The notes below the pieces were generated by a model, which saw only the letters and a list, made by a program, of their open reading frames with translations, ran no database searches and was not told the origin of the DNA. A stretch of 56,852 nt of DNA. It comes from Verrucomicrobiota bacterium. Its GTDB lineage: Bacteria; Verrucomicrobiota; Verrucomicrobiia; Limisphaerales; SIBE01. The stretch covers positions 1-56,852 of the forward strand of contig JAQBVM010000002.1 of the NCBI GenBank assembly GCA_027623095.1, written 5' to 3'. A program made the translations under genes and the position numbers. This document shows positions 45,960-55,408 of the stretch, one piece after another. How positions within the stretch are numbered: the stretch's first letter is position 1; every line of letters begins with the position of its first letter.

Positions 45960-48539
45960 ATGTTGTCACGGCTCGTTCTGGTCATTTTTACGATTGCCGT
46001 CACGGCTTCGGCTCAACAGGGAGACAATCCGGGAGAAACACAAAGACTTCGAGTGCCGAGAGATCGCATTCCACCATCGCCTGCGTTGACACCCAGCCAA
46101 GCTCTAGGAACGTTTCTTGTTCCTGAAGGCTTCCGTCTGGAAATCGCGGCGGCCGAGCCTTTGATCGAATCCCCAGTCGCAATCGAATTTGATCCCGATG
46201 GAAGATTGTGGGTCCTCGAAATGCGCGGCTTCATGAGGACTCTTGACGGTCTCGGCGAGGATCAACCGTTCGGGCGCGTCTCGGTCCTGGAAGATGCTGA
46301 CGGCGATGGCCGGATGGATCGCTCCACCGTCTTCATCGACGGTCTGGTAATGGCTCGTGCGTTTGCGCTGGTTCGGGATGGACTATTACTGGCAGAACCC
46401 CCGAACCTTTGGTTCTTGCGCGACACAAACGGTGATGGCCGTGCCGATGAAAAGAATCTCGTCGCCAACGATTACGCGACTCAAGCAGACCCGAAACTGG
46501 GAAATAGGGCGAACCCGGAGCATTCATCCAATAGTTTGCTCCGCACTCTCGATAATTGGATTTACAGCGCAAATCACGCGACTCGATTTCGAAACACCGC
46601 CGGACTCTGGCAAAGGGAACCCACTTTATCCCGAGGCCAATGGGGCCTCTCCCAAGACGACTTCGGACGGTTATTCTACAACTCGAACAGCGACCAACTC
46701 CGGGCGGATCTTGTTCCTTACTCTTATCTCAACCGCAACTCCAACTACCCGAATGTTTCCGGCGCCAATTATCGTGTCGCATCCGATCAAACGGTCTGGC
46801 CCGGCAGAGTGAATCCAGGAGTCAATCGAGGATACCAACCGGGCCAACTGCGCGAGGACGGTACTCTCAAGACGTTTACAGGCGCTTGCGGACCCGTCAT
46901 TTACAGAGGAGATCAATTCCCGATTGAGTTTCGAGGAAACGCCTTCGTTTGCGAGCCAACAGGAAACCTCGTCAGGCGAAACGTTCTTTTTGAAACAAAC
47001 AATGTCATTTCCGCAAGAAACCCGTACCAAAATGGAGAATTCCTGACATCCACGGACGAACGTTTTCGTCCCGTCAACCTCGGCAACGGGCCTGATGGAG
47101 CCCTTTACATAGTGGATATGTATCGCGGCGTCATTCAGCATCGAATCTACGTCACCAGCTACCTGAGAGGGCAAGCCGAAGAGAGAGGATTGGAATCGCC
47201 CATCGATCGAGGACGGATTTACAGAGTTGTATTCGATGCCAATGTTCAGCAGCAAATGCCCAATCTCGCGGAAGCGACCTCGCAGATATTGACAGCACAT
47301 CTCTCCCACTCAAACGGTTGGTGGAGAGACACGGCTCAGAGAATGCTTGTGGAACGTGGCGACCGCTCGGTCGTCGAAACCCTGCGCCAGCTAGCGGTTT
47401 CAAATCCTTCCGCGTTGGGTCAACTCCACGCGCTTTGGACACTGGAGGGTCTCTCCTCGCTGACGCCCGAAGTGCTCGAAGCCTGCCGCAATTCCAACCA
47501 TCCGCGAGTGCGGGCGGCTGCCATGCGGCTGTGCGAACGGTTCCTAAGCAGTCGCTGGCGTAACGAGGTCGTGGAACGGTTGCTTCAATCCGCCGGCGAT
47601 CACGCGCCGGAAGCGCAGCTTCAATTGGCACTCACTCTTGGTGAGATTGACAACGCCGAAGCGAGGAAAGCCATGCAAACTATTTTGACCCAAAACCCGC
47701 GAAATAACTTGATTCGGGACGCCGTGCTAAGCGGATTAGCTGGAAAAGAGCTGGATTTCTTGAATCAGCTTCTTGCAGGTGATTTTTCGAAAGAACCTGC
47801 CAGTTGGACCGCTTCCATCCTAACAACGCTCTCCCAGTGCGTTTTCACCGGGAGGCAACCGCAACAAATCGGACGTCTCTTAGAACTTGCCACATTGCAA
47901 ACCAACAACGCCGCCTGGAAACAGCTCGCGATCCTCGACGGCGCAGTCGTTTCACAACCACGCAGAAGAGGAAGAAGAACTTCGCCAAGCGGAACCCCGA
48001 TTCCGTTCGAAATAAAACCAGCCGCACTAGAATCCTTGGGCGCCAGCAAGGATCCCGATGTGCTTGAGCGTTTGGAACAGATTTCCGCGCTCATCTCATG
48101 GCCGGGGAAAGACTCGAGCACGGCCGAGCCCGATATCAAACCGCTGACAGCAGATCAATTGGCTCGTTTTGAAATGGGCAAGGAACTTTACATGACGACG
48201 TGCGGCGCGTGTCATCAACCACACGGAAACGGCCAGGAAGGCTTGGCTCCGCCCCTGCGAGACTCTGAATGGGTGGTTGGCTCCGAGAAACGCCTCATTC
48301 TCGTGGCGCTCCATGGTGTTCGCGGCCCGATCACGGTAAAAGGCAAACAATTCGACATGGACATGCCCCCGCTGGCCATACTCGACGATGAACAAATCTC
48401 AACAATCCTGACCTATATTCGCCGCGAATGGGGCCATACCGCCGATCCGGTGGAACAATCCACCGTCGCCCGGATCCGCGGTGAAACAGAAGAGCGCCTG
48501 GACGCTTGGACGGAAACGGAGCTTCTGAAGATTCCATAG
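45960..48539 (+). CDS. PVC-type heme-binding CxxCH protein (membrane-bound dehydrogenase domain, HEAT-like repeats, C-terminal cytochrome c)
   Basis: LVPEGFRLEIAAAEPLIESPVAIEFDPDGRLWVLEM (TIGR02604-like, from memory) and C-terminal CGACHQPHG. Signal peptide from the ATG at 45960. Confidence 0.8.
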   Translation: MLSRLVLVIFTIAVTASAQQGDNPGETQRLRVPRDRIPPSPALTPSQALGTFLVPEGFRLEIAAAEPLIESPVAIEFDPDGRLWVLEMRGFMRTLDGLGEDQPFGRVSVLEDADGDGRMDRSTVFIDGLVMARAFALVRDGLLLAEPPNLWFLRDTNGDGRADEKNLVANDYATQADPKLGNRANPEHSSNSLLRTLDNWIYSANHATRFRNTAGLWQREPTLSRGQWGLSQDDFGRLFYNSNSDQLRADLVPYSYLNRNSNYPNVSGANYRVASDQTVWPGRVNPGVNRGYQPGQLREDGTLKTFTGACGPVIYRGDQFPIEFRGNAFVCEPTGNLVRRNVLFETNNVISARNPYQNGEFLTSTDERFRPVNLGNGPDGALYIVDMYRGVIQHRIYVTSYLRGQAEERGLESPIDRGRIYRVVFDANVQQQMPNLAEATSQILTAHLSHSNGWWRDTAQRMLVERGDRSVVETLRQLAVSNPSALGQLHALWTLEGLSSLTPEVLEACRNSNHPRVRAAAMRLCERFLSSRWRNEVVERLLQSAGDHAPEAQLQLALTLGEIDNAEARKAMQTILTQNPRNNLIRDAVLSGLAGKELDFLNQLLAGDFSKEPASWTASILTTLSQCVFTGRQPQQIGRLLELATLQTNNAAWKQLAILDGAVVSQPRRRGRRTSPSGTPIPFEIKPAALESLGASKDPDVLERLEQISALISWPGKDSSTAEPDIKPLTADQLARFEMGKELYMTTCGACHQPHGNGQEGLAPPLRDSEWVVGSEKRLILVALHGVRGPITVKGKQFDMDMPPLAILDDEQISTILTYIRREWGHTADPVEQSTVARIRGETEERLDAWTETELLKIP

Positions 48540-48617
48540 CATCGGGCACGAGAACGTTGAACTGCTCACTCGCGTCGTTCTGCGCGGCGATTGCCACGAT
48601 TACGCTTTCGGTACTCC

Positions 48618-49223
48618 CTACAGCAATCCGGTCTCGCGAATAAATAGAGACGTTTTCGCTGTCGATTCGTGAACGACAGCCTGCCACCCACGGCGCAGCG
48701 CCGTCGCGATGTTTTCGGGACGGTCGTCAATGTAACAGAGCTCGCCCCCGGCATGACCCGTGATTGATTCGACCTTTTCGTATAACCTGGGATCCGGCTT
48801 CATGACCCCGTGCTCGTACGACAGCACATACCCGGAAAACTTCGCGAAGAACGGATAATTCTGGCGAACATGTCGGATTGCGAGGTCATTCGTATTGGAA
48901 AAGATAAATGTGGGAATCCCGAGTGCCCTTAGTTTATCATGCAATTCGATCATCGAATCAATAGGCGTAAATATATCCGCGAAGATTCCGCAAAACTCCG
49001 CGATGCTCCCGTCGAAGCCTGTAACACTCCGCACTTTTTCGAAAAACTGTTCGACTGTAATCCGGCCCGTTTCGAACTGAAAAAGTAACGGAGACTGATC
49101 GATCAAAGTCTGAAGCTCAGGCAAAGTAACGCGGCAGCGAGGCTCGAGCCGGGAGGCCGCCACCGAAAAATCAAAGTCAAGAAGAACCTTCCCCAGATCA
49201 AATATGACTGCTTTTGGAATCAT
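48618..49223 (-). CDS. HAD-superfamily hydrolase
   Basis: Motif I context AVIFDLGKVLLDF, a SNTN motif II region and a C-terminal IDDRPEN. ATG at 49223. Confidence 0.7.
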   Translation of the reverse strand: MIPKAVIFDLGKVLLDFDFSVAASRLEPRCRVTLPELQTLIDQSPLLFQFETGRITVEQFFEKVRSVTGFDGSIAEFCGIFADIFTPIDSMIELHDKLRALGIPTFIFSNTNDLAIRHVRQNYPFFAKFSGYVLSYEHGVMKPDPRLYEKVESITGHAGGELCYIDDRPENIATALRRGWQAVVHESTAKTSLFIRETGLL

Positions 49224-49338
49224 CGAATTCTTGTAACAACAGACCAAACCGAGTCACAAGTGAGGAAACGATAAAAGCGTTGCGAATTCCACTTCTCGAT
49301 GCTTGCATGTCATTCGAAGGGTTCCGTCGGAACCAGAA

Positions 49339-50592
49339 ATGAAGAAGATATTGATCGCTGAAAACGATTTGGCAATGGAGATGACCTATTTGCGCGTGTT
49401 CGTAGTCAATGGCTTTGAGGTGGAACAGGTTAACGGCGAAATCAAAGCGGCGCACGCGGCATCCCAATTCAGGCCGGACATTGCGATCGTCAGCATGGAG
49501 TTTCCAGGATCCAAGAGCATCCGGATCATTGAGAACCTATCGAACGAAGCTCGTCGCAGGCCCTTTCCAATTCTCGCTTACGCGCGAAACAACGACCGCC
49601 ATCTTGCAGAAACTGCTCTCACTGCAGGAGCCACAGAATGCATTTTCTTCGGAAAGCCCGGAACAACCGACCTGCATGCGAAAGTCGCGCAAATCCTGGG
49701 GCTGCCTTCAAGGAACATGCAGCCAAATGCGACGGCCGCACCGGCAAGCGTCCTGCCGGCCGAGCCTTCCAAAGTAAAACCGCCAACCCCGGCACCACCA
49801 CCACCGGTCGAAGCATCCAAAGGTACGCCTCCTGCAGACGCTCCAAAACAGGCAGCTCAAAACCCTTCGCCGCCGCCGAATCGGACGAAGCCTTCTGTGA
49901 AACTTCCAATCGCGGATGGCAGCGCCGGAAACTTGATCCGGCTAAAGGCAAGAGCCCAGAACTTTCTTCGAACGGAAGACAAGTCGGTTAAACCCTTGAT
50001 CGCTGAACTTTACGAAACGGCAGGAATCTTGACTCGGGAAAGCACAATCCCGCGCTCCCGGTCCGCATCAAGAATGCTCGCCGCCCTTTTTGCCCTTTTG
50101 AAAGACATGGCCGAAGATCCAGATGTCGTAAGCGCTTCGATTCGTCGAACTATACTTCAGGCTGCCGATTTCGTTGGAGCCACTTTCAACAGTCCTGCAA
50201 ATCCCGACGAACAAGAGGAAAGGAATTTCAGAATACTCGCGGTGGACGACGAAGTGATCGCGCGCATGTTGGTCGCAAAAGCTTTGGAGTCTGTACATCT
50301 GGCACCAGAAACCGCGGAAAATCCGATGGCGGCTCTCGAGTTGGTGAAAACAACGCGATTTGATTTGTTCATTCTGGACATCCAAATGCCGCAAATGACC
50401 GGGTTCGAGCTTTGCCAGCAAATTCGCCGCCAACCGTTCAATTCTAAGACTCCAGTCATTTTCGTTACCTCCGTAAGCGACTTCAAGAGCCGCATCCGAT
50501 TCGCCCAGAGCGGCGGCGACGATTTCATCGCGAAGCCCTTTGTGGGAACTGAACTAGCGACCAAAGCACTGTTGCACCTCATGGCTCGCTAA
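49339..50592 (+). CDS. Dual receiver-domain protein: degenerate N-terminal pseudo-receiver, Pro-rich linker, helical middle, canonical C-terminal REC
   Basis: The N-terminal REC-like fold has Ser at the phospho-acceptor position (DIAIVSMEFPG). The C-terminal REC is intact (ILAVDDE, LFILDIQMPQMTG, GGDDFIAKP). Confidence 0.75.
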   Translation: MKKILIAENDLAMEMTYLRVFVVNGFEVEQVNGEIKAAHAASQFRPDIAIVSMEFPGSKSIRIIENLSNEARRRPFPILAYARNNDRHLAETALTAGATECIFFGKPGTTDLHAKVAQILGLPSRNMQPNATAAPASVLPAEPSKVKPPTPAPPPPVEASKGTPPADAPKQAAQNPSPPPNRTKPSVKLPIADGSAGNLIRLKARAQNFLRTEDKSVKPLIAELYETAGILTRESTIPRSRSASRMLAALFALLKDMAEDPDVVSASIRRTILQAADFVGATFNSPANPDEQEERNFRILAVDDEVIARMLVAKALESVHLAPETAENPMAALELVKTTRFDLFILDIQMPQMTGFELCQQIRRQPFNSKTPVIFVTSVSDFKSRIRFAQSGGDDFIAKPFVGTELATKALLHLMAR

Positions 50593-50662
50593 AGCGCTAT
50601 CTCCTCTAAACAAAAATCCCGAATTAGCTCACATTCCCGTAATCATACTATCAGCCTTTATT

Positions 50663-51268
50663 CTAGCGAAGCTCCCTTCGCCCCTCTATGGCGCGGCTCA
50701 AAGTGAGTTCGTCCGCAAACTCCAAACCGCTGCCAACGGGAAGACCGTGCGCGATCCGCGTAACCTTCACACCGCGCTCGGAAAGCACCTTTGCCAGATA
50801 CGAACTGGTCGCGTCGCCTTCGACATCGGATGGCAGCGCAATGATGATCTCCCGAATCGGTTCGTTCGTGAGACGCGCTTCCAATTCCACGACCCGCAGA
50901 TCTTCGGGTCCGATGCCATTCAGTGGCGAAATCTTGCCTCCGAGCGCATGATACTTTCCTCGGTAAGTCGCGGATTTCTCGATCGTAATAATATCGACCG
51001 GACGCTCCACCAAGCACACCAAACTGGAATCCCGCCGGTCGTCGCCGCAAATCCTGCATGGCTGGACTTCCGTCAAACCGCCGCAGACCGTGCATGATCC
51101 AACTCGTTCACGGGCCGACACCATTGCGTCCGCAAGATTCCCCACCCATCCAGCTTCAGACTGGATTAGGTGAAGAGCGATGCGCTCGGCGGAGCGCGGC
51201 CCAATCCCAGGGAGCTTGGATAGTGCTGCGATCAACGCGGAAATTGGCTCGGGCAATGCTGCCATCAC
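50663..51268 (-). CDS. recR: Recombination protein RecR
   Basis: HhH LPGIGPRSAERIA, zinc finger CTVCGGLTEVQPCRICGD, Toprim domain. Confidence 0.92.
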   Translation of the reverse strand: MMAALPEPISALIAALSKLPGIGPRSAERIALHLIQSEAGWVGNLADAMVSARERVGSCTVCGGLTEVQPCRICGDDRRDSSLVCLVERPVDIITIEKSATYRGKYHALGGKISPLNGIGPEDLRVVELEARLTNEPIREIIIALPSDVEGDATSSYLAKVLSERGVKVTRIAHGLPVGSGLEFADELTLSRAIEGRRELR

Positions 51269-51303
51269 AATTCACATGCTGCTGATCCAAGAAAGTGTGT
51301 ATG

Positions 51304-51615
51304 TCACATCAGACCGGGCATATTGAAGCCTGAAGTCACCTTGCCCATCTCGCTATTGGAAATCTCCTTCGCCTCAACCAGGGCGCTGTTGACAGCGGTG
51401 AGGATCATGTCCTCCAGCAACTGTGTATCCGCTGAATTCACGGCTTGCGGATCGATCTTGATCGAAGCCAAAGTGCCATCACATTTTGCGGTGATTTTTA
51501 CAACGCCACCGCCACTGGTTGCCTCCACAGTCCGGCTGCCAAGCTGCGCTTGAGTTTCCTCCATTTGCCGCTGGATGCGAGCGGCCTGTTTCATTAGTTT
51601 TCCAATGCTAGACAT
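51304..51615 (-). CDS. ybaB: YbaB/EbfC nucleoid-associated protein
   Basis: 103 aa. MKQAARIQRQMEETQAQL...SGGGVVKITAKCDG is typical. Synteny dnaX-ybaB-recR. Confidence 0.9.
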   Translation of the reverse strand: MSSIGKLMKQAARIQRQMEETQAQLGSRTVEATSGGGVVKITAKCDGTLASIKIDPQAVNSADTQLLEDMILTAVNSALVEAKEISNSEMGKVTSGFNMPGLM

Positions 51616-51651
51616 AATACGAATTAGGAATTGACGGTTATCTGCGAAAAC

Positions 51652-53412
51652 CTAGCTGCGAACCTCGACAATCGTTCCTTTGAAAATTTCGAGGGCTTCC
51701 CGTATCAACGGATCGTTCTTAAAATCGTCCGCGCTCGTCTGGGAAGCCTCCGGCTTATGGGAAGATCCGGAAGTGCCCGACGCCTCTTCGGAAGGTGGCA
51801 TCGCGGATTTCTGAGGTTCGGCTTCGGGTTGATCGATATTTGGCCGGACCCATTGGCTCGGCGCGGGTGCCACAACAAACTTGACATGCACGTCCCCGCA
51901 TCCGAGCTCACTCAGCTTTGTCTGGATCAGAGTTCGGTTCTTAGTGTTATCGACCAGGCTCGCATGATCGGCAAATTCCGGATCAAATCCGATCGTGAAC
52001 GCATTCTTGGATAAACCGACGGGATGCGCTTCCTGTAAGTATGTTCTGGCAAAAGGGCTCACCCTCCCGACGGATTCCACAACTTTGCTCCAAAGATCGG
52101 CCAAATCTGTTGAAGGATGCGGCGCAACCGATTCGTGCATCTGATCCGATCGGGTAGCCTGAGCAGGGATTGAAAACGGCTTCGAACCCGGCGACTTAAC
52201 CGGCGCCTTCACTGACGACCGCTCTGGAGGTCCGCTCGGTTGCTCGGTTTGCGGCGTCCGAATCGGAGTCGTTTCGCTCCGGAGCTGCCGCAGCTTTTTC
52301 AAAACCGCATCGATTGGAACCGCGTTCTTCGCTTGAATCGTCTTCAGCAACGCAACCTCGATCAGAATTTTCTTTGAAGCCGCATCTCGCAATCTGGTTT
52401 CACAGTCGGAAAGAACTTCCATCATCCGGGCAAGCGCATCTGGTTCGACCTGTGACGAATGTTCGGCAAGCGCCACCCCCTCCGTCTCCGAAGCCTCCAG
52501 CAAACTCAGATCTCCGCTTGAAACTCGGTACAAAAGCAGATTGCGAAAGTGGTTCAAAAGCTCTGAGAGCAGTCTTGCGAGGTCTTTTCCATGTTTAGCG
52601 AGATCGTTCAGTTCGCGCAATGCGGTCTGAACATCTCCAGCAATCATAGCATAAGCCAGCGAGAGAATTTGATCTCGCGACGTTAAGCCAAACATGGACA
52701 ACACATCAGCCTCGACAATCTCGTTGCCACAGAAACTGATCAATTGATCCAGTGTCGATTCGGCGTCTCGCATCCCGCCGTCCGCGCCACGGGCGATCGC
52801 AAATAGAGCCGGCTCGTCGATTTTTACCTTCTCCAGTTTGGCGATATGCGCCAAATGTTTGACAATTAGGGCCGATGGAATCCGCCGAAGGTCAAACCGC
52901 TGGCACCGGGAAAGAATTGTCGGAAGCACTTTTTCCGGTTCCGTGGTGGCAAACATGAACTTTACGTGATCAGGCGGCTCTTCCAGCGTCTTGAGCAACG
53001 CGTTAAAAGCCTCCTTTGTCAGCATGTGAACTTCATCAATGATATAAATCCGGAATTTCGACGTCGCTGGAGCGTACCGAACGGTCTCCCGCAGCGCTCG
53101 AATCTCCTCAATTCCGCGATTGCTGGCACCGTCGATTTCCTGCACATCCATAGACCGGCCCTCGGCAATCTCGATGCAACGCGGATCGTCGTCCGGAAAA
53201 TCAACTTTCGGCCCACCCGTGCAGTTCAAACACTTCGCAAAAATCCTAGCGGCAGTCGTTTTTCCAGTGCCTCGAGGCCCGACAAACAGATAAGCATGGG
53301 CAATACGGTTCTGTCGGATCGCATTGGTGAGGGTCTGGGTCACGTGCTCTTGTCCGACCACATCGGAGAACCGTTGTGGCCGATACTTTCGAGCTATGAC
53401 CAAATACGACAT
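51652..53412 (-). CDS. dnaX: DNA polymerase III subunit gamma/tau
   Basis: The ATG at 53412 gives MSYLVIARKYRPQRFSDVVGQ. Walker A GPRGTGKTT, Zn module CLNC...C, and SRC sensor. The ORF-track extension to 53514 overlaps the SRP RNA. Confidence 0.92.
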   Translation of the reverse strand: MSYLVIARKYRPQRFSDVVGQEHVTQTLTNAIRQNRIAHAYLFVGPRGTGKTTAARIFAKCLNCTGGPKVDFPDDDPRCIEIAEGRSMDVQEIDGASNRGIEEIRALRETVRYAPATSKFRIYIIDEVHMLTKEAFNALLKTLEEPPDHVKFMFATTEPEKVLPTILSRCQRFDLRRIPSALIVKHLAHIAKLEKVKIDEPALFAIARGADGGMRDAESTLDQLISFCGNEIVEADVLSMFGLTSRDQILSLAYAMIAGDVQTALRELNDLAKHGKDLARLLSELLNHFRNLLLYRVSSGDLSLLEASETEGVALAEHSSQVEPDALARMMEVLSDCETRLRDAASKKILIEVALLKTIQAKNAVPIDAVLKKLRQLRSETTPIRTPQTEQPSGPPERSSVKAPVKSPGSKPFSIPAQATRSDQMHESVAPHPSTDLADLWSKVVESVGRVSPFARTYLQEAHPVGLSKNAFTIGFDPEFADHASLVDNTKNRTLIQTKLSELGCGDVHVKFVVAPAPSQWVRPNIDQPEAEPQKSAMPPSEEASGTSGSSHKPEASQTSADDFKNDPLIREALEIFKGTIVEVRS

Positions 53413-53483
53413 TTTCGATCTTGATTTGATGGTTTTCGACGCTCGATCGACCTGGGATGCGGCACAGAATCGAAAAAAGAAAA

Positions 53484-53577
53484 TGCCAGGGTGACCACGG
53501 CGGATGAGGAGCAAACTACCGTTGCTGCATTCCTGCCCTGGCGGGGTTCGAAAGTCCCCATTCCATGGGCCCTGGCA
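53484..53577 (-). ncRNA. ffs: Signal recognition particle RNA (4.5S-type, about 94 nt)
   Basis: The minus strand folds as one long hairpin: UGCCAGGG/CCCUGGCA, CCAUGG/CCGUGG, AUGGGGA/UCCUCAU, CGAAC/GUUUG. Its apex is the domain IV signature CCAGG-GCA-GGAA-UGC-AGCAACGG (compare E. coli CAGG-UCC-GGAA-GGA-AGCAGCC). It is followed by UUUUCUUUUUU and sits just upstream of dnaX, a common position. Confidence 0.85.
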
Positions 53578-53708
53578 AAATCCAAGGCGGAAGTTAAGCC
53601 TCGGTCAAGGCATCATCAAGAAAGAAGTGAACAGAATCCCTGCGCTCCAGAAGAAACCGTAGGAAATTCAATGAATCGGACGGCTGATTTCCCGGATTCG
53701 CACGAACT

Positions 53709-55154
53709 TCACCGGTCGGCAACTCTGCCGGGTTGGCGCGACCCTTTTCCAAGACGGTTGCGCAAATTGTCCCCCAATTCGGCCCTGGCTTCTTCGGCAA
53801 ATGCTTCGAGACGTTTCACGATCTCCGGGTGGTCCTTCGCGACATTTCGCATCTCGCTGATATCTTTCGCGAGATTGTAGAGTTCCGAAGTCTCGACGTT
53901 CGCCGAATCGTACGGGACCGGTTTGCCGCCCGTGCCCCCAGTTCGCTCCGACAATGTCCGGTACTCATGCGGCAGGTAAAGTTTCCATGTATCCTGGATC
54001 ACGGCGTGCAGTTCGTTTTGCTTGTAGTAAAACCAGTATCCAGCGTGTGGATTCTTGGCGCCCGATTCCCCTGCAATCAACGGCCATACATTGAGACCAT
54101 CAATCTTATGGCCTGGAAGCTCCGCCCCAATGAGATGCGCAATGGTCGGTAGAATATCGATATTCATGGCAGGGACATCACAAACGGTTCCGGCCGGGAT
54201 TTTTCCCGGCCATCGCATGATCGTCGGCTCACGCACGCCTCCCTCCCACGCAGTGCCCTTTCCCTCGCGCAATGGCAGTGCCGATCCCGCATGATCTCCA
54301 TACGAAAGCCACGGACCGTTGTCTGATGTGTAAATAACGAGCGTGTTTTCATCGATCTGATTCGCTTTTAACGCAGCTAAGATCTGGCCGACAGACCAAT
54401 CGATTTCCATGATCACGTCGCCGTACAATCCTTGCGCTGATTTGCCCTTGAATTTCTCGGATACATAGAGCGGGACATGCGGCATGCTGTGGGGCACATA
54501 GAGCAGGAACGGCTGATCCTTATTCCTATTGATGAAATCGACGGCGTGTTCCGTGTACCACGTTGTCAAGTGCGTCTGATCTTCAGGCGTAACCTTCGGC
54601 TTTAAAACTCTGTCGCCCTCGATCAACGGGAGATCCGGATAGTTCTTCGGCGCGGTCGGGTGATAAGGCCACATATCATTCGAGTACGGGAGTCCGAAGT
54701 ATTCGTCGAACCCGTGTCTCAACGGGAGAAACTCCGCACGGTGGCCGAGATGCCATTTCCCGAAAATGGCCGTTGCATAGTCCTTCTGCTTCACAACCTC
54801 CGCGATCGTCATCTCGGTCGCATTAATCCCATGGCGGGCCGACGGGCCGAGCGCGCCGTGAATCCCGATGCGGTTTGGGTAGCACCCAGTCAGCAGCGCG
54901 GTTCGCGACGCCGAACAGACTGGTTGCGCGGAGTACCAATGCGTGAATTTCCTCCCTTCCCACGCCATGCGGTCCAGATTGGGTGTTTCGAAGCCTTTGG
55001 CGCCAAAAACCCCCACGTCCGCATATCCTTGGTCGTCGGCAAAAATAATCACGATGTTGGGCAATCGTTCTGCCGCCAGGATCTGCGCAGGGTTTCCCAA
55101 AAACGCAACAAGCAGACACGCAATTGTCGAAAGACTGTGGTAGAGACTCTTCAT
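53709..55154 (-). CDS. Secreted arylsulfatase (formylglycine-dependent sulfatase family)
   Basis: [17 protein letters not shown] and the FGly motif [11 protein letters not shown]. The ATG at 55154 gives signal [20 protein letters not shown]. Confidence 0.9.
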   Translation of the reverse strand: MKSLYHSLSTIACLLVAFLGNPAQILAAERLPNIVIIFADDQGYADVGVFGAKGFETPNLDRMAWEGRKFTHWYSAQPVCSASRTALLTGCYPNRIGIHGALGPSARHGINATEMTIAEVVKQKDYATAIFGKWHLGHRAEFLPLRHGFDEYFGLPYSNDMWPYHPTAPKNYPDLPLIEGDRVLKPKVTPEDQTHLTTWYTEHAVDFINRNKDQPFLLYVPHSMPHVPLYVSEKFKGKSAQGLYGDVIMEIDWSVGQILAALKANQIDENTLVIYTSDNGPWLSYGDHAGSALPLREGKGTAWEGGVREPTIMRWPGKIPAGTVCDVPAMNIDILPTIAHLIGAELPGHKIDGLNVWPLIAGESGAKNPHAGYWFYYKQNELHAVIQDTWKLYLPHEYRTLSERTGGTGGKPVPYDSANVETSELYNLAKDISEMRNVAKDHPEIVKRLEAFAEEARAELGDNLRNRLGKGSRQPGRVADR

Positions 55155-55408
55155 AGGTCTAATTCGTAGGATTGTGAAGAGTCTAATGCGCGCGAAAGGC
55201 ATGAAAAGCTTTTTTGATTCGCGACCGAGCGTCGCATGGCAACGGAATTCGCACGCAACGCTTGTAACCGATTCGAATACAGATTCGTCAACAAACAAAA
55301 CGATGCGGATTCCGCCGGTGGAAACTCAATACGGATCGTGACCGCACGAAGCGTGTGTGAAGACGTGCTGTTTTGCCAAGCCTTTGCTTGCGTCCCAAGA
55401 AGAATTTA

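Noticed and set aside
52294-52299. Programmed -1 frameshift site in dnaX (AAAAAG at the LKKL codons, near the domain III/IV boundary)
   Set aside because: The context is UUG AAA AAG, not the canonical A AAA AAG heptamer. No strong downstream hairpin was seen, and the -1 frame runs about 32 codons before a stop rather than terminating at once. It is not supportable from sequence alone.
53413-53514. N-terminal extension of dnaX
   Set aside because: It overlaps the SRP RNA gene and its U-tract. The conserved DnaX N-terminus begins at the ATG at 53412.
53541-53560. tRNA-like GGGGTTCGAAAGTCCCC (T-arm-like GGTTCGAA)
   Set aside because: It is the plus-strand complement of an internal helix of the SRP RNA, and no cloverleaf can be drawn around it. 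No other tRNA-like T-loop occurs in any intergenic gap.
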